Origin: Alphaproteobacteria bacterium
Lineage (GTDB): Bacteria > Pseudomonadota > Alphaproteobacteria > GCA-2731375
Length of the DNA: 64,000 bases
Direction of reading: 5' to 3'
Assembly: GCA_965232515.1 (NCBI GenBank)
Contig: CBDDPY010000002.1
Location: 6,048,001-6,112,000 of the forward strand
Shown: piece after piece, positions 37,550-48,399 of the stretch
How positions within the stretch are numbered: the stretch's first letter is position 1
Layout: each line of letters starts with the position of its first letter
The notes under the pieces: model-generated
Seen by the model: only the letters and a program-made list of their open reading frames with translations
What the model was told of the DNA's origin: nothing
The model's database searches: none
Translations under genes and position numbers: made by a program

Positions 37550-39646
37550 CACCAGCACGCCGTCCCAATCCTCGGGTGGCGGTTGGTCGAGATACTCGCG
37601 GCAGCGCTTCGCCATCACGGCGGCGGGCCCATCGTCAGCCAGTTTGTCGAAAGCGGTGGCGGCTTCGTCGAAGCGGCGTGACCGGTAGAGCGTCAGAGCC
37701 GCGGCGTAATCCTCGACCAGACGATGCTGGGCCTCGCTCGCGGTCATCGGCGGCGCGATGACCTCGTAGATGCCGACGGGCTGGGCGCGGCCTTTGACCG
37801 CCACGCGGTCCAGCTCGCGCATCAGGAACCACCCGGCAACGGCGGCTGCCGTGGTATCGCTGATCACGATCTCGCAGCCATAAACGCCCGGCAGGCCCTC
37901 GAGGCGCGAGGCCACATTCACGGTTTCGCCCACGGCCGTATAATTGAAGCGCTTCTGCGATCCGACGTTGCCGACGATTGCGTCGCCGGTATGCGCACCG
38001 ATCTTCACGCCAAAACTGTGCCCGCCGCCCGTGGTCTCGGCCCGCGCCTGGTGGATCAAGTCGGTGATGCGCAGGGCGGCGCCGACGGCGTTGGCGGCGT
38101 GATCCGGATCGTCGGCCGGCGCGCCCCAGATGCCCATGACGGCATCGCCGATGAACTTGTCGACATAGCCGCCGCTATCGTCGATGGCGTCCGCGATCAG
38201 CGCCAGATAGCGGTTGGTGATCTGCATCAGCTCGTCGGCCGAGACCTTGGTCGACAGGGCCGTGAAGCCGGAGAGGTCGGCGAACATGATCGTCACCGGC
38301 CGGGTGTCGCCGCCCAGCCGCAGGGCGTCCGGGTTCTCGGCCAGGCGCTCCACCAGGGCCGGCGCCAGGTAGTGGTCGAATGCCTTGGTCACCAGAAGCT
38401 GACGCCGCTCGACCGCGAGATACCGAACCGTGTAGGCAAGTATGACGGAAACCAAAAGAACGGCGATCGCCGGACCGGCGGGGAACCAGTAGGCCGCCTC
38501 CAACAGAACGACTTCGCCGGCCCAGGCAGCGATACCCGCGAGCAGCGTGGCGCCAGCCGCCATCCAGGGCATCAGCGTCAGGCCGATCACCGCGCCGATG
38601 CCGCCGGACAGGACGCCGGCGGCGACACGCCAGGCGATCGGCAGCACCTCGGTCAGGTCATCGTTCAGCACCGCCTCGGCCGCGGTCGCATGCAGAAACA
38701 CGCCCGGAACGGTGCTGGCGGCCTGCTCGGCGTCGGACGCCGACACCGAAACGCCTTTTGGAATCAAACTACAGGTTGCCTTGTCGGGCTCGCTCGCCGC
38801 GGCAACCGGTTCTGGTTCGGGCAGGAACCTGCCGGCGGACCGCTTGCGGTCCTCGTCCGGCAGGGTCGTGCCGACAAATGCCATCCGGTCCGCGAACACG
38901 TCCGCCAGCCGGGCGGGCTCGCTCTCGGCGCAGTTCAGCACGTCGATTAGCGAATAGGTCGGCATGGCTTCCAGATGTCGGCGGGGCGCGAGCAGGACCT
39001 CGGGCGGCATGGCCGGGCCGCCGCTGCGGTTGAGCGTGGCCGCAGTGAGGCCCGGCAACGGTTCGCCATCGATGATGACCGGCATCGCCTGGACACGACG
39101 ATAGATGCCGTCCTCGTCAGGGACGATCTCCAGTAAGCCGAAAGCGCCGGGGTCTTCTCGTAGCGCGGCGCGGTATTGCTGCGCCGGCAAGGTTGCGGCG
39201 GAGCGTCCGAGTACGATCCGATCCCGGTTTCGCGACAGCGCGATCATGAAAGGACGGTCGAATCCGTCTTTTAACTCGTTACCGCTGTAGGCCAGCAACA
39301 GGTCGAACGCGATTGCCTTGGCCTGGGCTTCGACCAGTGCAAGGATCAGCCGTTCCCAGATCTCGCCAAACATCGCGCGCGGATAGGTGGCCAGACGGGG
39401 ATCGGTAAGGCTGCGCTCGTCGACGGCGATCACCACGACGGGGGCGAAACGCGTCTCGACCGGCGCCGGCATGACGGCCGCGCGGGCGGCGATGGCGGCG
39501 TCGTAGAGAAACCCATCGACACGGCCGACGCCGTCGGCAAATTGCGCGACGATGCCGCCGGCGATGGCGCAGACAGCGATGGTGATGGCGGCGGCGCGTT
39601 TGCTCAGGTTCACCCGTCGTCCCCCCCAACGGCGGGTTGCCGTCAC
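37535..39646 (-). CDS. CHASE2-domain class III adenylate cyclase
   Basis: N-terminal TM, CHASE2 (VIAVDE, PGVFLHA), 3 TM, FADLSGFT, DKFIGDA, TAVGETVNVASRLE, C-terminal DWDGV. Confidence 0.92.
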   Translation of the reverse strand: MTATRRWGGRRVNLSKRAAAITIAVCAIAGGIVAQFADGVGRVDGFLYDAAIAARAAVMPAPVETRFAPVVVIAVDERSLTDPRLATYPRAMFGEIWERLILALVEAQAKAIAFDLLLAYSGNELKDGFDRPFMIALSRNRDRIVLGRSAATLPAQQYRAALREDPGAFGLLEIVPDEDGIYRRVQAMPVIIDGEPLPGLTAATLNRSGGPAMPPEVLLAPRRHLEAMPTYSLIDVLNCAESEPARLADVFADRMAFVGTTLPDEDRKRSAGRFLPEPEPVAAASEPDKATCSLIPKGVSVSASDAEQAASTVPGVFLHATAAEAVLNDDLTEVLPIAWRVAAGVLSGGIGAVIGLTLMPWMAAGATLLAGIAAWAGEVVLLEAAYWFPAGPAIAVLLVSVILAYTVRYLAVERRQLLVTKAFDHYLAPALVERLAENPDALRLGGDTRPVTIMFADLSGFTALSTKVSADELMQITNRYLALIADAIDDSGGYVDKFIGDAVMGIWGAPADDPDHAANAVGAALRITDLIHQARAETTGGGHSFGVKIGAHTGDAIVGNVGSQKRFNYTAVGETVNVASRLEGLPGVYGCEIVISDTTAAAVAGWFLMRELDRVAVKGRAQPVGIYEVIAPPMTASEAQHRLVEDYAAALTLYRSRRFDEAATAFDKLADDGPAAVMAKRCREYLDQPPPEDWDGVLVLTSK

Positions 39647-40293
39647 TCGACGCGGATCAAGGTGAGCGGCGTACTGCCGCGCTGCTCGGCAATCGTCACC
39701 TTCAGGCTGTGCTGACCCTTGCCGTCGTCGGTCAGCAGGTCGATGTCGTAGGCCGACCCGGCCTTCAATGGCGCCGTGCCTTCAGGCCAGGTGAAGCGCC
39801 AGCCGTCGATGCGGCCTTCGAAAACGGTCGTCTCGCCGTCGCGGACGCGTAGCCGCGCCACCCGCGCACGATTCGCGCCGACCAGCACGAAACTCGGCTT
39901 GGTCGTCAGACGCAGACCGCCTGGCACGACGTTGCGCAGCTGAACGCCGCTGACTTCCATGCCGACGGCCACGGTCTTGGGACACTTGCTGCGCCGGACG
40001 TCCAGGATCTTGCCTTTCTGGGTCGTATAGGTCTGACGCGAGAAGTTAACGCGCCCGCCTTCGACGACGACCGTTTCGCAACGCTGGTAGTGCTGGAATT
40101 CCAACCGGCCGCCGTTGCCCAGGTCGATCGACTTTCCGGCGGAGATTTCGTCGAACGGACCGACGTCGGTGGTCACGGCGCCGACGATATCGGTAATTAA
40201 CGCCACCGGCCGTTGTGCGGCAGCGGTATCTGCCCATCCCATGGTCGCGGTCAGCGCGACGACAAAAAGGGCCGTAAGGCTCGATCGTCTCAT
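39643..40293 (-). CDS. Exported beta-rich hypothetical protein coupled to the cyclase
   Basis: Signal peptide MRRSS...AAA; stop overlaps cyclase start (GTGA). Confidence 0.8.
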   Translation of the reverse strand: MRRSSLTALFVVALTATMGWADTAAAQRPVALITDIVGAVTTDVGPFDEISAGKSIDLGNGGRLEFQHYQRCETVVVEGGRVNFSRQTYTTQKGKILDVRRSKCPKTVAVGMEVSGVQLRNVVPGGLRLTTKPSFVLVGANRARVARLRVRDGETTVFEGRIDGWRFTWPEGTAPLKAGSAYDIDLLTDDGKGQHSLKVTIAEQRGSTPLTLIRVE

Positions 40294-40409
40294 AGCCCTG
40301 CTCCACTGGTTCGATCGATGAATGTTAGGCGTGAGTATGGCATATCGGAGCGATTGAAGTCTGTGACGGCGGCCACTTTTTCGCACGTCCGACGGTCGGC
40401 GTCGATGTT

Positions 40410-40424
40410 GCGACACAACGTCGC
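40410..40424. promoter_or_regulatory. RegA/RegR/PrrA-type binding site
   Basis: GCGAC-N5-GTCGC inverted repeat upstream of ccoN. Confidence 0.65.
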
Positions 40425-40438
40425 GTGACGCCAAGCCT

Positions 40439-40452
40439 TTGATCGAAATCAA
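40439..40452. promoter_or_regulatory. FNR/FixK (anaerobox) site
   Basis: Perfect TTGAT-CGAA-ATCAA upstream of ccoN. Confidence 0.9.
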
Positions 40453-40570
40453 TGTTGCGGCGCAACACGACAATCAGTCTGCCTCGCGAAGAGCGGCCCG
40501 TGCGGTATACTCGCGTGCATCAAACATGTGCGCCCGCAACGGCGCCGAAAGGGCGTTAGAGGTGACAGCG

Positions 40571-42208
40571 ATGAACATGCTCGCAGGCATTCTTTTGGCC
40601 ATTGGGTCGTTGCTAGGTGCGCTGCTGGCATCGAAGTCGGTGGATGCGGCGTTCTACTGGCACGGACTGCTGCTGTGCGTCGTGAGCGTTGCCGGCCTGA
40701 TCGTCCTGGTCAAGCGTCATTATGACGCCGCAGCCGTGGCGTCGACTGGACAAGTCGCGGTCACCACCAGCGGCACCGGCGTGGTCTACAACGACGCCGT
40801 CGTGCGGGCCGGCGTTATCGCCTCAATGTTCTGGGGCATCGTCGGCTTCCTGGCCGGTCTGGTGATCGCGCTGCAGCTGGCGTTCCCGATTCTGAACCTG
40901 GATCTGCCCTGGACCACCTTCGGCCGTCTGCGGCCGGTGCACACGTCGGCGGTGATCTTCGCCTTCGGCGGCAACGTGCTGATCGCCACCTCGTTTCATG
41001 TCGTGCAGCGGACCTGCCGCGCGCGGCTCGCCGGCGAGCTGGCGCCTTGGTTCGTATTCTGGGGCTATCAGTTCTTCATCGTGCTGGCGGCGACCGGCTA
41101 CATCTTCGGCATCACGCAGTCGAAGGAGTATGCCGAGCCGGAATGGTATGTCGATCTGTGGCTGACCATCGTCTGGGTCGTCTACCTGCTGGTCTTCCTG
41201 GGCACGCTGTGGCGTCGGCAGGAGCCGCACATCTATGTGGCGAACTGGTTCTACCTGGCGTTCATCGTCACCATCGCCATGCTGCACATCGTCAACAACC
41301 TGGCGGTGCCGGTCTCGCCGTTCGGCGCCAAGAGCTATGTGCTGTTCGCCGGCGTGCAGGATGCGCTGACGCAGTGGTGGTACGGGCATAACGCCGTCGG
41401 CTTCTTCCTGACAGCGGGCTTCCTCGGCATCATGTACTACTTCGTGCCGAAGCAGGCCGAGCGGCCGGTCTATTCCTACCGGCTGTCGATCATCCACTTC
41501 TGGGCGCTGATCTTTCTCTACATCTGGGCCGGTCCACACCACCTGCACTACACGGCGCTGCCGGACTGGGCGCAAACGCTGGGAATGACCTTCTCGATCA
41601 TGCTGTGGATGCCGTCCTGGGGCGGCATGATCAACGGCTTGATGACGTTGTCCGGCGCCTGGGACAAGCTGCGCACCGATCCGGTGCTGCGCATGCTGGT
41701 GGTGTCGGTCGCGTTCTACGGCATGAGCACCTTCGAGGGCCCGCTGATGTCGGTGAAGGCCGTGAACGCGCTCAGCCACTATACGGACTGGACCGTCGGC
41801 CACGTGCATTCCGGCGCGCTCGGCTGGGTCGGCTTCGTCAGCTTCGGCGCGCTCTACCACCTGGTACCGGTGCTGTGGCGGCGGCAACAGCTTTACTCGC
41901 TGCGCCTGGTCAGCCTGCACTTCTGGATCGCGACGCTCGGCATCGTCCTCTACATCACCGCGATGTGGGTCTCGGGCATCATGCAGGGCCTGATGTGGCG
42001 GGCCTACGACTCGCTCGGCTTCCTGGAATACTCCTTTGTCGAGACGGTCGAAGCGATGCATCCGTTCTACGTGATCCGCGCGCTCGGCGGTCTGCTGTTC
42101 GTGCTGGGCTCGCTGGTCATGGCCTACAACCTCTGGCGCACCGTGCGCGGCGACGTGCGTGAAGAAAAGCCGATGGCGGCGGCCCCCGTGGCTGCCCCGG
42201 CGGAATAG
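40571..42208 (+). CDS. ccoN: cbb3-type cytochrome c oxidase subunit I
   Basis: [27 protein letters not shown]. Confidence 0.98.
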   Translation: MNMLAGILLAIGSLLGALLASKSVDAAFYWHGLLLCVVSVAGLIVLVKRHYDAAAVASTGQVAVTTSGTGVVYNDAVVRAGVIASMFWGIVGFLAGLVIALQLAFPILNLDLPWTTFGRLRPVHTSAVIFAFGGNVLIATSFHVVQRTCRARLAGELAPWFVFWGYQFFIVLAATGYIFGITQSKEYAEPEWYVDLWLTIVWVVYLLVFLGTLWRRQEPHIYVANWFYLAFIVTIAMLHIVNNLAVPVSPFGAKSYVLFAGVQDALTQWWYGHNAVGFFLTAGFLGIMYYFVPKQAERPVYSYRLSIIHFWALIFLYIWAGPHHLHYTALPDWAQTLGMTFSIMLWMPSWGGMINGLMTLSGAWDKLRTDPVLRMLVVSVAFYGMSTFEGPLMSVKAVNALSHYTDWTVGHVHSGALGWVGFVSFGALYHLVPVLWRRQQLYSLRLVSLHFWIATLGIVLYITAMWVSGIMQGLMWRAYDSLGFLEYSFVETVEAMHPFYVIRALGGLLFVLGSLVMAYNLWRTVRGDVREEKPMAAAPVAAPAE

Positions 42209-42220
42209 GAGTACGGCGAC

Positions 42221-42946
42221 ATGTTCCGTCACGCGACCATCGAAAAGAACTCGATCCTCCTCACCGTGCTGACGCTGATCGTCGTGTCGATCGGCGGCAT
42301 CGTCGAGATCTCGCCGCTGTTCTACCTCGAGAGCACGATTGAGAAGGTGAAGGGGGTGCGGCCCTACTCGCCGCTCGAGCTGGCCGGCCGCAACATTTAC
42401 ATCCGTGAGGGTTGCTATACCTGCCACTCGCAGATGATCCGTTCGTTGCGCGACGAGGTCGAGCGCTACGGCCACTACAGCCTGGCGGCCGAGAGCATGT
42501 ACGACCATCCCTTCCAGTGGGGCTCGAAGCGGACCGGGCCGGATCTGGCGCGGGTCGGCGGCCGCTATTCCGATGCCTGGCACGTACAGCACATGATCAA
42601 TCCGCGCTCGGTGGTGCCGGAATCGATCATGCCGGGCTATCCGTTCCTGGCCACCAAGGCGCTCAATTTCGACCGCATCGCCGATGACCTGAAGGCCAAT
42701 CGCGCGGTTGGCGTGCCCTACGACGACACCATGATCGAAGTGGCGGTCAGCGACGTGCGCACGCAGGTCGATCCCGACGCCGACGATTTCGATGCCTTCA
42801 TGGAGCGCTATCCCGGCGCCCAGGTGCGCGATTTCGACGGCAACCCGCAGATGATCACCGAGCTCGACGCGCTCATCGCCTATCTGCAGGTGCTGGGCAC
42901 GATGGTCGATTTCAGCGCCTACGAGGCGCAGGAAAACCTTCGCTAG
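42221..42946 (+). CDS. ccoO: cbb3-type cytochrome c oxidase subunit II
   Basis: [23 protein letters not shown]. Confidence 0.98.
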   Translation: MFRHATIEKNSILLTVLTLIVVSIGGIVEISPLFYLESTIEKVKGVRPYSPLELAGRNIYIREGCYTCHSQMIRSLRDEVERYGHYSLAAESMYDHPFQWGSKRTGPDLARVGGRYSDAWHVQHMINPRSVVPESIMPGYPFLATKALNFDRIADDLKANRAVGVPYDDTMIEVAVSDVRTQVDPDADDFDAFMERYPGAQVRDFDGNPQMITELDALIAYLQVLGTMVDFSAYEAQENLR

Positions 42947-42957
42947 GGGAGGGCGGC

Positions 42958-43107
42958 ATGGACTACGAAGCGGTTTCCAGGTTCGCCCAGACCTATGGCC
43001 TGGTCTATCTGTTCATTCTGTTCCTCGGTGTCGTGGTTTATGCGCTGTGGCCGAGCAACCGGCGGAAGTTCAAGGACGCCGCCGAGATCCCGCTGAAGGA
43101 GGATTGA
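42958..43107 (+). CDS. ccoQ: cbb3-type oxidase small subunit
   Basis: MDYEAVSRFAQTYGLVYLFILFLGVVVYALWPSNRRKFKDAAEIPLKED; position between ccoO and ccoP. Confidence 0.93.
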   Translation: MDYEAVSRFAQTYGLVYLFILFLGVVVYALWPSNRRKFKDAAEIPLKED

Positions 43108-43111
43108 GGTC

Positions 43112-43981
43112 ATGGCGGAGAATCGCGAGGTCGACCAGCTCAGCGGAATCGAGACGACCGGACACGAATGGGACGGTATCCGTGAGCTGAACAATCCGCT
43201 GCCGCGTTGGTGGGTCTGGACGTTCTACGTCACCATCGTCTGGTCCATCGGCTATTGGATCGTCATGCCGGCCTGGCCGCTGGTGACGGACTATACGGCC
43301 GGCGTGCTGGGTTATTCGCAGCGCGGCGTGGTCGCGCAACAGCTGGCCGAGCGGCAGGCGGCCCAGCAGGTCTACACCGACCGCATCGCCGGCGCCTCGC
43401 TCGACGAGATCCGCAGCGATCCGGAACTGCTGGCCTTCGCGCTCGCCGGCGGTGGGTCGGCCTTCGCCGTCAACTGCTCGCAGTGCCATGGTTCCGGCGC
43501 CGCCGGATCGGTCGGCTATCCGAACCTGAACGACGACGAATGGATCTGGGGCGGCACGCTCGACGCCATCCAGCACACGATCAACTTCGGTATCCGCTCG
43601 GATCACGAGGAGACCCGACTGAACGACATGCCGGCATTCCTGGTCGACGAGCTGCTGACCCGAGAGGAGGTCGCGGACGTCGCTGAGTATGTCCTGTCGC
43701 TGAGCGGTCGGGCCGAGGACCAGGAGGCGGTCGCCCGCGGCCAGGAGATCTACGTCGAGCAGTGCGCGGCCTGCCACCAGGACGACGGCAGGGGCGATCA
43801 GGAACTGGGCGCACCTGATCTGACGGACGCGATCTGGCTCTATGGCGGCGACCGCGAGACCGTGGTCGAGAGCATCGCCTATAGCCGTCGCGGCGTGATG
43901 CCGCCGTGGGTCGACCGGCTGAGCCCGGCGGCGATCAAGCAGTTGGCCGTCTATGTGCACACACTGGGGGGCGGCGAATAA
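43112..43981 (+). CDS. ccoP: cbb3-type cytochrome c oxidase subunit III (diheme)
   Basis: TTGHEWDGIRELNNPLPRWW, CSQCH, CAACH. Confidence 0.98.
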   Translation: MAENREVDQLSGIETTGHEWDGIRELNNPLPRWWVWTFYVTIVWSIGYWIVMPAWPLVTDYTAGVLGYSQRGVVAQQLAERQAAQQVYTDRIAGASLDEIRSDPELLAFALAGGGSAFAVNCSQCHGSGAAGSVGYPNLNDDEWIWGGTLDAIQHTINFGIRSDHEETRLNDMPAFLVDELLTREEVADVAEYVLSLSGRAEDQEAVARGQEIYVEQCAACHQDDGRGDQELGAPDLTDAIWLYGGDRETVVESIAYSRRGVMPPWVDRLSPAAIKQLAVYVHTLGGGE

Positions 43982-44027
43982 CTCGCCGTAATTGGCGCCG
44001 GCAACGGCGACAGGGGATAGAGTGGTG

Positions 44028-45515
44028 ATGAACCAGGTCTCGGTTGCCAGGGGGACAGCCGCGGGACCCGGCGTCGACCGCGTCGATGTCGAGCCCGTCA
44101 ACAAGGCCGAGCACCGTCAGCTCTACAAGAAGCGGGAGAAGATCCACCCGCGCCTGGCGCGCGGCAATTTCCGCAAGCTGAAATGGGTCATCATGGCGGT
44201 GACCCTGTCGGTCTATTACCTGGCGCCCTGGATCCGTTGGGACCGCGGGCCGAACACGCCAGACCAGGCCATCCTGATCGATTTTCCGGCCCGGCGGTTC
44301 TATTTCTTCTTCATCGAGATCTGGCCGCAGGAGGTCTACTACCTCACCGGTCTCCTGATCCTGGCCGCATTGAGTCTGTTCCTGATCACCAGCCTCGCCG
44401 GCCGGGTCTGGTGCGGCTACACCTGTCCGCAGACCGTCTGGACCGACCTGTTCATCGCCGTCGAACGCCTTGTCGAGGGCGATCGCGGCGCCCGCATCCG
44501 CCTCGACAAGCAGTCGTTCAGCGTTGGGAAAATGACCAAGCGTGTGGTCAAGCACGCGATCTGGCTGCTGATCGCGGTCTGCACCGGCGGCGCCTGGGTG
44601 TTCTACTTCGCCGACGCGCCGACGCTGGCCGCCGACCTGTTGACCTTCCAGGCGCCGCAGGTCGCCTATATCTCGATCGGCGTGCTGACGGCGACGACCT
44701 ACATGTTCGGCGGCCTCGCCCGCGAGCAGGTCTGTACCTACATGTGCCCCTGGCCGCGCATCCAGGCCGCGATGGTCGACGACGACACGCTGATCGTCAC
44801 CTACCAGCGCGAACGCGGCGAACCGCGCGGTCCGCATCGCAAGGGCGAGAGCTGGGAAGGCCGCGGCCATTGTATTGACTGCAATCAGTGTGTCGCCGTC
44901 TGTCCCATGGGGATCGACATCCGCGACGGCATGCAGCTGGAGTGCATCTCCTGCGCGCTCTGCATCGACGCCTGCAACGATGTCATGGACCGGATCGACC
45001 TGCCGCGCGGTCTGATCGGCTACGACACCACGTCGAACATGGTCCGCCGGGCGCGCGGCGAGCCGACGCAGTCGCACATCTTCCGTCCGCGCACGCTGAT
45101 CTATGCCAGCGTGATCGTCGCCGTTGGCCTGATCATGCTCGGCGTGCTGCTGACCCGACCGTCGCTCGACGTCAACGTGCTGCGGGACCGCAACCCGTTG
45201 TTCGTGACCCTCTCGGACGGCAGCCTGCGCAATGGCTATACGCTGAAGATCCTCAACAAGCAGCATGAGACGCGCACGTTCGGCCTGGCGGTCGATGGCG
45301 TGCCGCAGGCGGAGATCAAGGTGGTTGGCGCTGGCAACGAGAGCGGCTCGTCTCTCTCGGTCGGATCGGACCGGCTGGGCGCATTCCGAATTTTCGTAAC
45401 GCTGCCGGCGAGCGCCGTGAACGCCGAGTCGACGCCGATCGGCTTCGTCGTCACCGACAACACGGACGGCACGACGGCGCGGTACGACAGCGTCTTCCTG
45501 GGGCCGGGCGCATGA
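44028..45515 (+). CDS. ccoG: Cytochrome c oxidase accessory protein CcoG/FixG
   Basis: GRVWCGYTCPQT, CIDCNQC, CISCALCIDAC. Confidence 0.96.
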   Translation: MNQVSVARGTAAGPGVDRVDVEPVNKAEHRQLYKKREKIHPRLARGNFRKLKWVIMAVTLSVYYLAPWIRWDRGPNTPDQAILIDFPARRFYFFFIEIWPQEVYYLTGLLILAALSLFLITSLAGRVWCGYTCPQTVWTDLFIAVERLVEGDRGARIRLDKQSFSVGKMTKRVVKHAIWLLIAVCTGGAWVFYFADAPTLAADLLTFQAPQVAYISIGVLTATTYMFGGLAREQVCTYMCPWPRIQAAMVDDDTLIVTYQRERGEPRGPHRKGESWEGRGHCIDCNQCVAVCPMGIDIRDGMQLECISCALCIDACNDVMDRIDLPRGLIGYDTTSNMVRRARGEPTQSHIFRPRTLIYASVIVAVGLIMLGVLLTRPSLDVNVLRDRNPLFVTLSDGSLRNGYTLKILNKQHETRTFGLAVDGVPQAEIKVVGAGNESGSSLSVGSDRLGAFRIFVTLPASAVNAESTPIGFVVTDNTDGTTARYDSVFLGPGA

Positions 45516-46003
45516 TCGGCGTTGGCGCAAAAACCCTGACCGGCCGCCGCGTGCTGGCCTATCTGCTCGGATTCTTCGGGCTGATCTTCGCCGTGAATGG
45601 CGTCTTCGTTTATTTCGCGCTGAGCAGCTTCAACGGCGTGCATACGGAGAATGCCTACATCAAAGGGCTGAACTACAACGCGATGATCGAGGCCGCCGAG
45701 CAGCAGGCGGCGCTCGGCTGGCGGATGGAGACCGTCCTGACCCCGACCGAACGGGGCGGCATCTTGACCGTGACCATGCGCACCGCCGACGGCGAGCCGG
45801 TCGACGGACTGGGGATTAACGGTATGTTCTGGCGGCCGGCGCAGGATGGCATGGACCGGCCGGTGGTTCTGCACCAGGTCGGCGCCGGCCGCTACGACGC
45901 CCAGGTCGACCTGCCGGTGCGCGGACAATGGGATCTGAGACTGGTGGCGACAGCACGCGACGGCGCCACCTATCGCAGCGCGGAGCGGGTATGGCTGAAG
46001 TAG
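45512..46003 (+). CDS. ccoH: FixH/CcoH
   Basis: LTGRRVL..LLGFFGLIFAVN, N-terminal TM, GQWDL; operon position. Confidence 0.92.
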   Translation: MIGVGAKTLTGRRVLAYLLGFFGLIFAVNGVFVYFALSSFNGVHTENAYIKGLNYNAMIEAAEQQAALGWRMETVLTPTERGGILTVTMRTADGEPVDGLGINGMFWRPAQDGMDRPVVLHQVGAGRYDAQVDLPVRGQWDLRLVATARDGATYRSAERVWLK

Positions 46004-48231
46004 CGGCGATCCCGACCAGCCGCGGACCGGCCGACGACGTCGTCGGTCCGGAGGCCTACGTGCGCGTCGACGCCAAGGGCATGGCGCACCTGCATCTTCT
46101 GGTCGAGAACCTGCATTGCGGCAAATGCGTGCAGGCGATCGAGGGCGCGTTGCGGCCACAGCCGGCGGTGACCGAAGCGCGCGTGAACATGACGACCCGC
46201 CGCCTGGCGTTGAGCTGGCGCGTCGACGGCGCCGGCGCCGGTGAGTTGCTCGCGCCGGTGACGGCGCTCGGTTACCGGCTGGTGCCGTTCAATCCCGCCG
46301 CGCTGGAAAGCAACGCCGCCGAGCAGGATCGCATGTTGCTGCGTTGCGTCGCCGTCGCCGGCTTTGCCGCGGCGAACGTGATGCTGCTGTCGGTCTCGGT
46401 CTGGGCCGGCGCCTTCTCCGACGATATGGGGCCGGCGACGCGCGATTTCCTGCACTGGATATCGGCCCTGATTGCGATGCCGGCCGTGGCCTACGCGGGC
46501 CGGCCGTTCTTCCGCTCGGCGGCCGCCGTGTTGCGCAACGGCGCCACAAACATGGACGTGCCGATCTCGCTCGCCGTCCTGCTCGCCACCGGCATGAGCC
46601 TGCAGCAAACCATTGTCAGCGGTCCGCACGCCTATTTCGACGCCTCGGTCACGCTGCTGTTCTTCCTGTTGATCGGCCGCTACCTCGACCGGCGTGCCCG
46701 CAGCCGCGCGCGCGATGCGGCCGAGCAGCTGATGCTGCTGGGCGCGGTCGCGGCGACGGTCATCGAGCCGGACGGCCAGCGTCGGGCGCGTCCGGTGGGC
46801 GCTGTCAGGCCCGGCATGGCCGTCGCGGTGGCGCCTGGCGACCGGCTGCCGGTCGACGGGCGTGTCCGCGCCGGTCAATCGACGGTCGATACCAGTCTGG
46901 TCACTGGCGAGACGATGCCGCTGTCGGTGGCGCCGGGCACGGACGTTTTTGCCGGCACCCTCAATCTCGATGCGCCGCTGGAGGTGACGGTGACGGCGGC
47001 CGGCGAGGGCACGCTGCTGGCCGAGATCGTGCGCCTGATCGAGGCCGCGGCGCAGGGGCGCGATCGCTACGTGCGTCTCGCCGACCGGTTCTCCCGGGTT
47101 TATGCGCCGGCCGTGCATCTGCTTGCGGGTGGCGCATTTGTCGGCTGGCTGCTGCTGGGCGGGCTCGCCTGGCAGCCGGCGCTGATGATCGCCGTCGCCG
47201 TGCTGATCATCACCTGTCCTTGCGCGTTGGGTCTGGCCGTGCCGGCGGTGCAGGTCGTGGCCAGTGGCCGTCTGATGCGCCGCGGCGTGCTGGTCAAGGC
47301 GGCCGACGGCCTGGAGCGCTTGGCGGACGCCGATACGGTGGTGTTCGACAAAACCGGCACGCTGACGGTCGGCCGGCCGGAACTGACCAACCGTCAGGAC
47401 GTGTCGAACGAGGATTTGACGATCGCGGCCTCGCTGGCGGCGGCCAGTCGGCACCCGCTCGCCCGCGCGCTCAGCCGCGCCGCCGGTCCGACGCCGCTGC
47501 GCGATGGTGTGCGCGAAACCGCCGGTATGGGACTGGCCGCGCCCGTCGACGGTGGCGAAGCGCGGCTTGGCAATGCCGCCTGGTGCGAGGTGACCGCGAC
47601 GGACGAGACGGCGCCCGGCTCGGAGCTCTGGCTGCGGCGGCCCGGCGCCGAACCGGTCCGGTTCGCCTTCGAGGATCGGCTGCGCGACGACGCCGAGCAT
47701 GTCGTGGCGGAGCTGCGGCGGCGCGGGCTGGCGGTGGAGCTGTTGTCCGGCGACCGCGCACCCGTTGTCGCAGCCGTGGCCGAGCGTCTCGGTATCGAAC
47801 GCTGGTCGGCCGGCTGCCGGCCGGCGGGCAAGGTGGCGCGGCTGGAGGCACTGGCGAACGAGGGACGCAAGGTGCTGATGGTCGGCGACGGTCTGAACGA
47901 TGCGCCGGCGCTGGCGGCGGCCCACGCCTCGATGTCGCCCGCCGAGGCCGCCGATATCAGCCGCACGGCCGCCGATTTCGTGTTTCAGGGCCGGCGCCTG
48001 ACGCCGATCGTCGGCACGCTGGACCTGTCCCGGCGGGCGCGCCATCTGGTGCTGCAGAACTTCGCGCTGGCGCTGGCCTACAACGTGATCGCCGTGCCGA
48101 TCGCGCTCGCCGGCCTGGTGACGCCGCTGATCGCGGCGGTGGCGATGTCGTCTTCGTCGCTGATCGTCACGCTGAACGCCTTGCGGCTGCGGCGCGGCGG
48201 CATCGCGGCCGGAACGGATGCGGGCCGATGA
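45991..48231 (+). CDS. ccoI: Cu-translocating P1B-type ATPase CcoI/FixI
   Basis: HCGKC HMA, TGE, CPC, DKTGT, GDGLND. Confidence 0.96.
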   Translation: MAEVAAIPTSRGPADDVVGPEAYVRVDAKGMAHLHLLVENLHCGKCVQAIEGALRPQPAVTEARVNMTTRRLALSWRVDGAGAGELLAPVTALGYRLVPFNPAALESNAAEQDRMLLRCVAVAGFAAANVMLLSVSVWAGAFSDDMGPATRDFLHWISALIAMPAVAYAGRPFFRSAAAVLRNGATNMDVPISLAVLLATGMSLQQTIVSGPHAYFDASVTLLFFLLIGRYLDRRARSRARDAAEQLMLLGAVAATVIEPDGQRRARPVGAVRPGMAVAVAPGDRLPVDGRVRAGQSTVDTSLVTGETMPLSVAPGTDVFAGTLNLDAPLEVTVTAAGEGTLLAEIVRLIEAAAQGRDRYVRLADRFSRVYAPAVHLLAGGAFVGWLLLGGLAWQPALMIAVAVLIITCPCALGLAVPAVQVVASGRLMRRGVLVKAADGLERLADADTVVFDKTGTLTVGRPELTNRQDVSNEDLTIAASLAAASRHPLARALSRAAGPTPLRDGVRETAGMGLAAPVDGGEARLGNAAWCEVTATDETAPGSELWLRRPGAEPVRFAFEDRLRDDAEHVVAELRRRGLAVELLSGDRAPVVAAVAERLGIERWSAGCRPAGKVARLEALANEGRKVLMVGDGLNDAPALAAAHASMSPAEAADISRTAADFVFQGRRLTPIVGTLDLSRRARHLVLQNFALALAYNVIAVPIALAGLVTPLIAAVAMSSSSLIVTLNALRLRRGGIAAGTDAGR

Positions 48232-48395
48232 CCGGTCTGGTCTATCTCATACCGGTGGCGCTGTTTCTGGGACTGCTGGGCCTCGCCGCCTTTCTCTGGA
48301 CGCTGCGGTCCGGGCAATACGACGACCTCGACGGCGCCGCCCATCGCATCCTGTTCGACGACGACAATCCATCGGACGACCAGCGGCCGAAATAG
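48228..48395 (+). CDS. ccoS: cbb3 oxidase maturation protein CcoS/FixS
   Basis: LIPVAL...FLW..RSGQYDDLDGAAHRILFDD. Confidence 0.95.
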   Translation: MTGLVYLIPVALFLGLLGLAAFLWTLRSGQYDDLDGAAHRILFDDDNPSDDQRPK

Positions 48396-48399
48396 AGCG

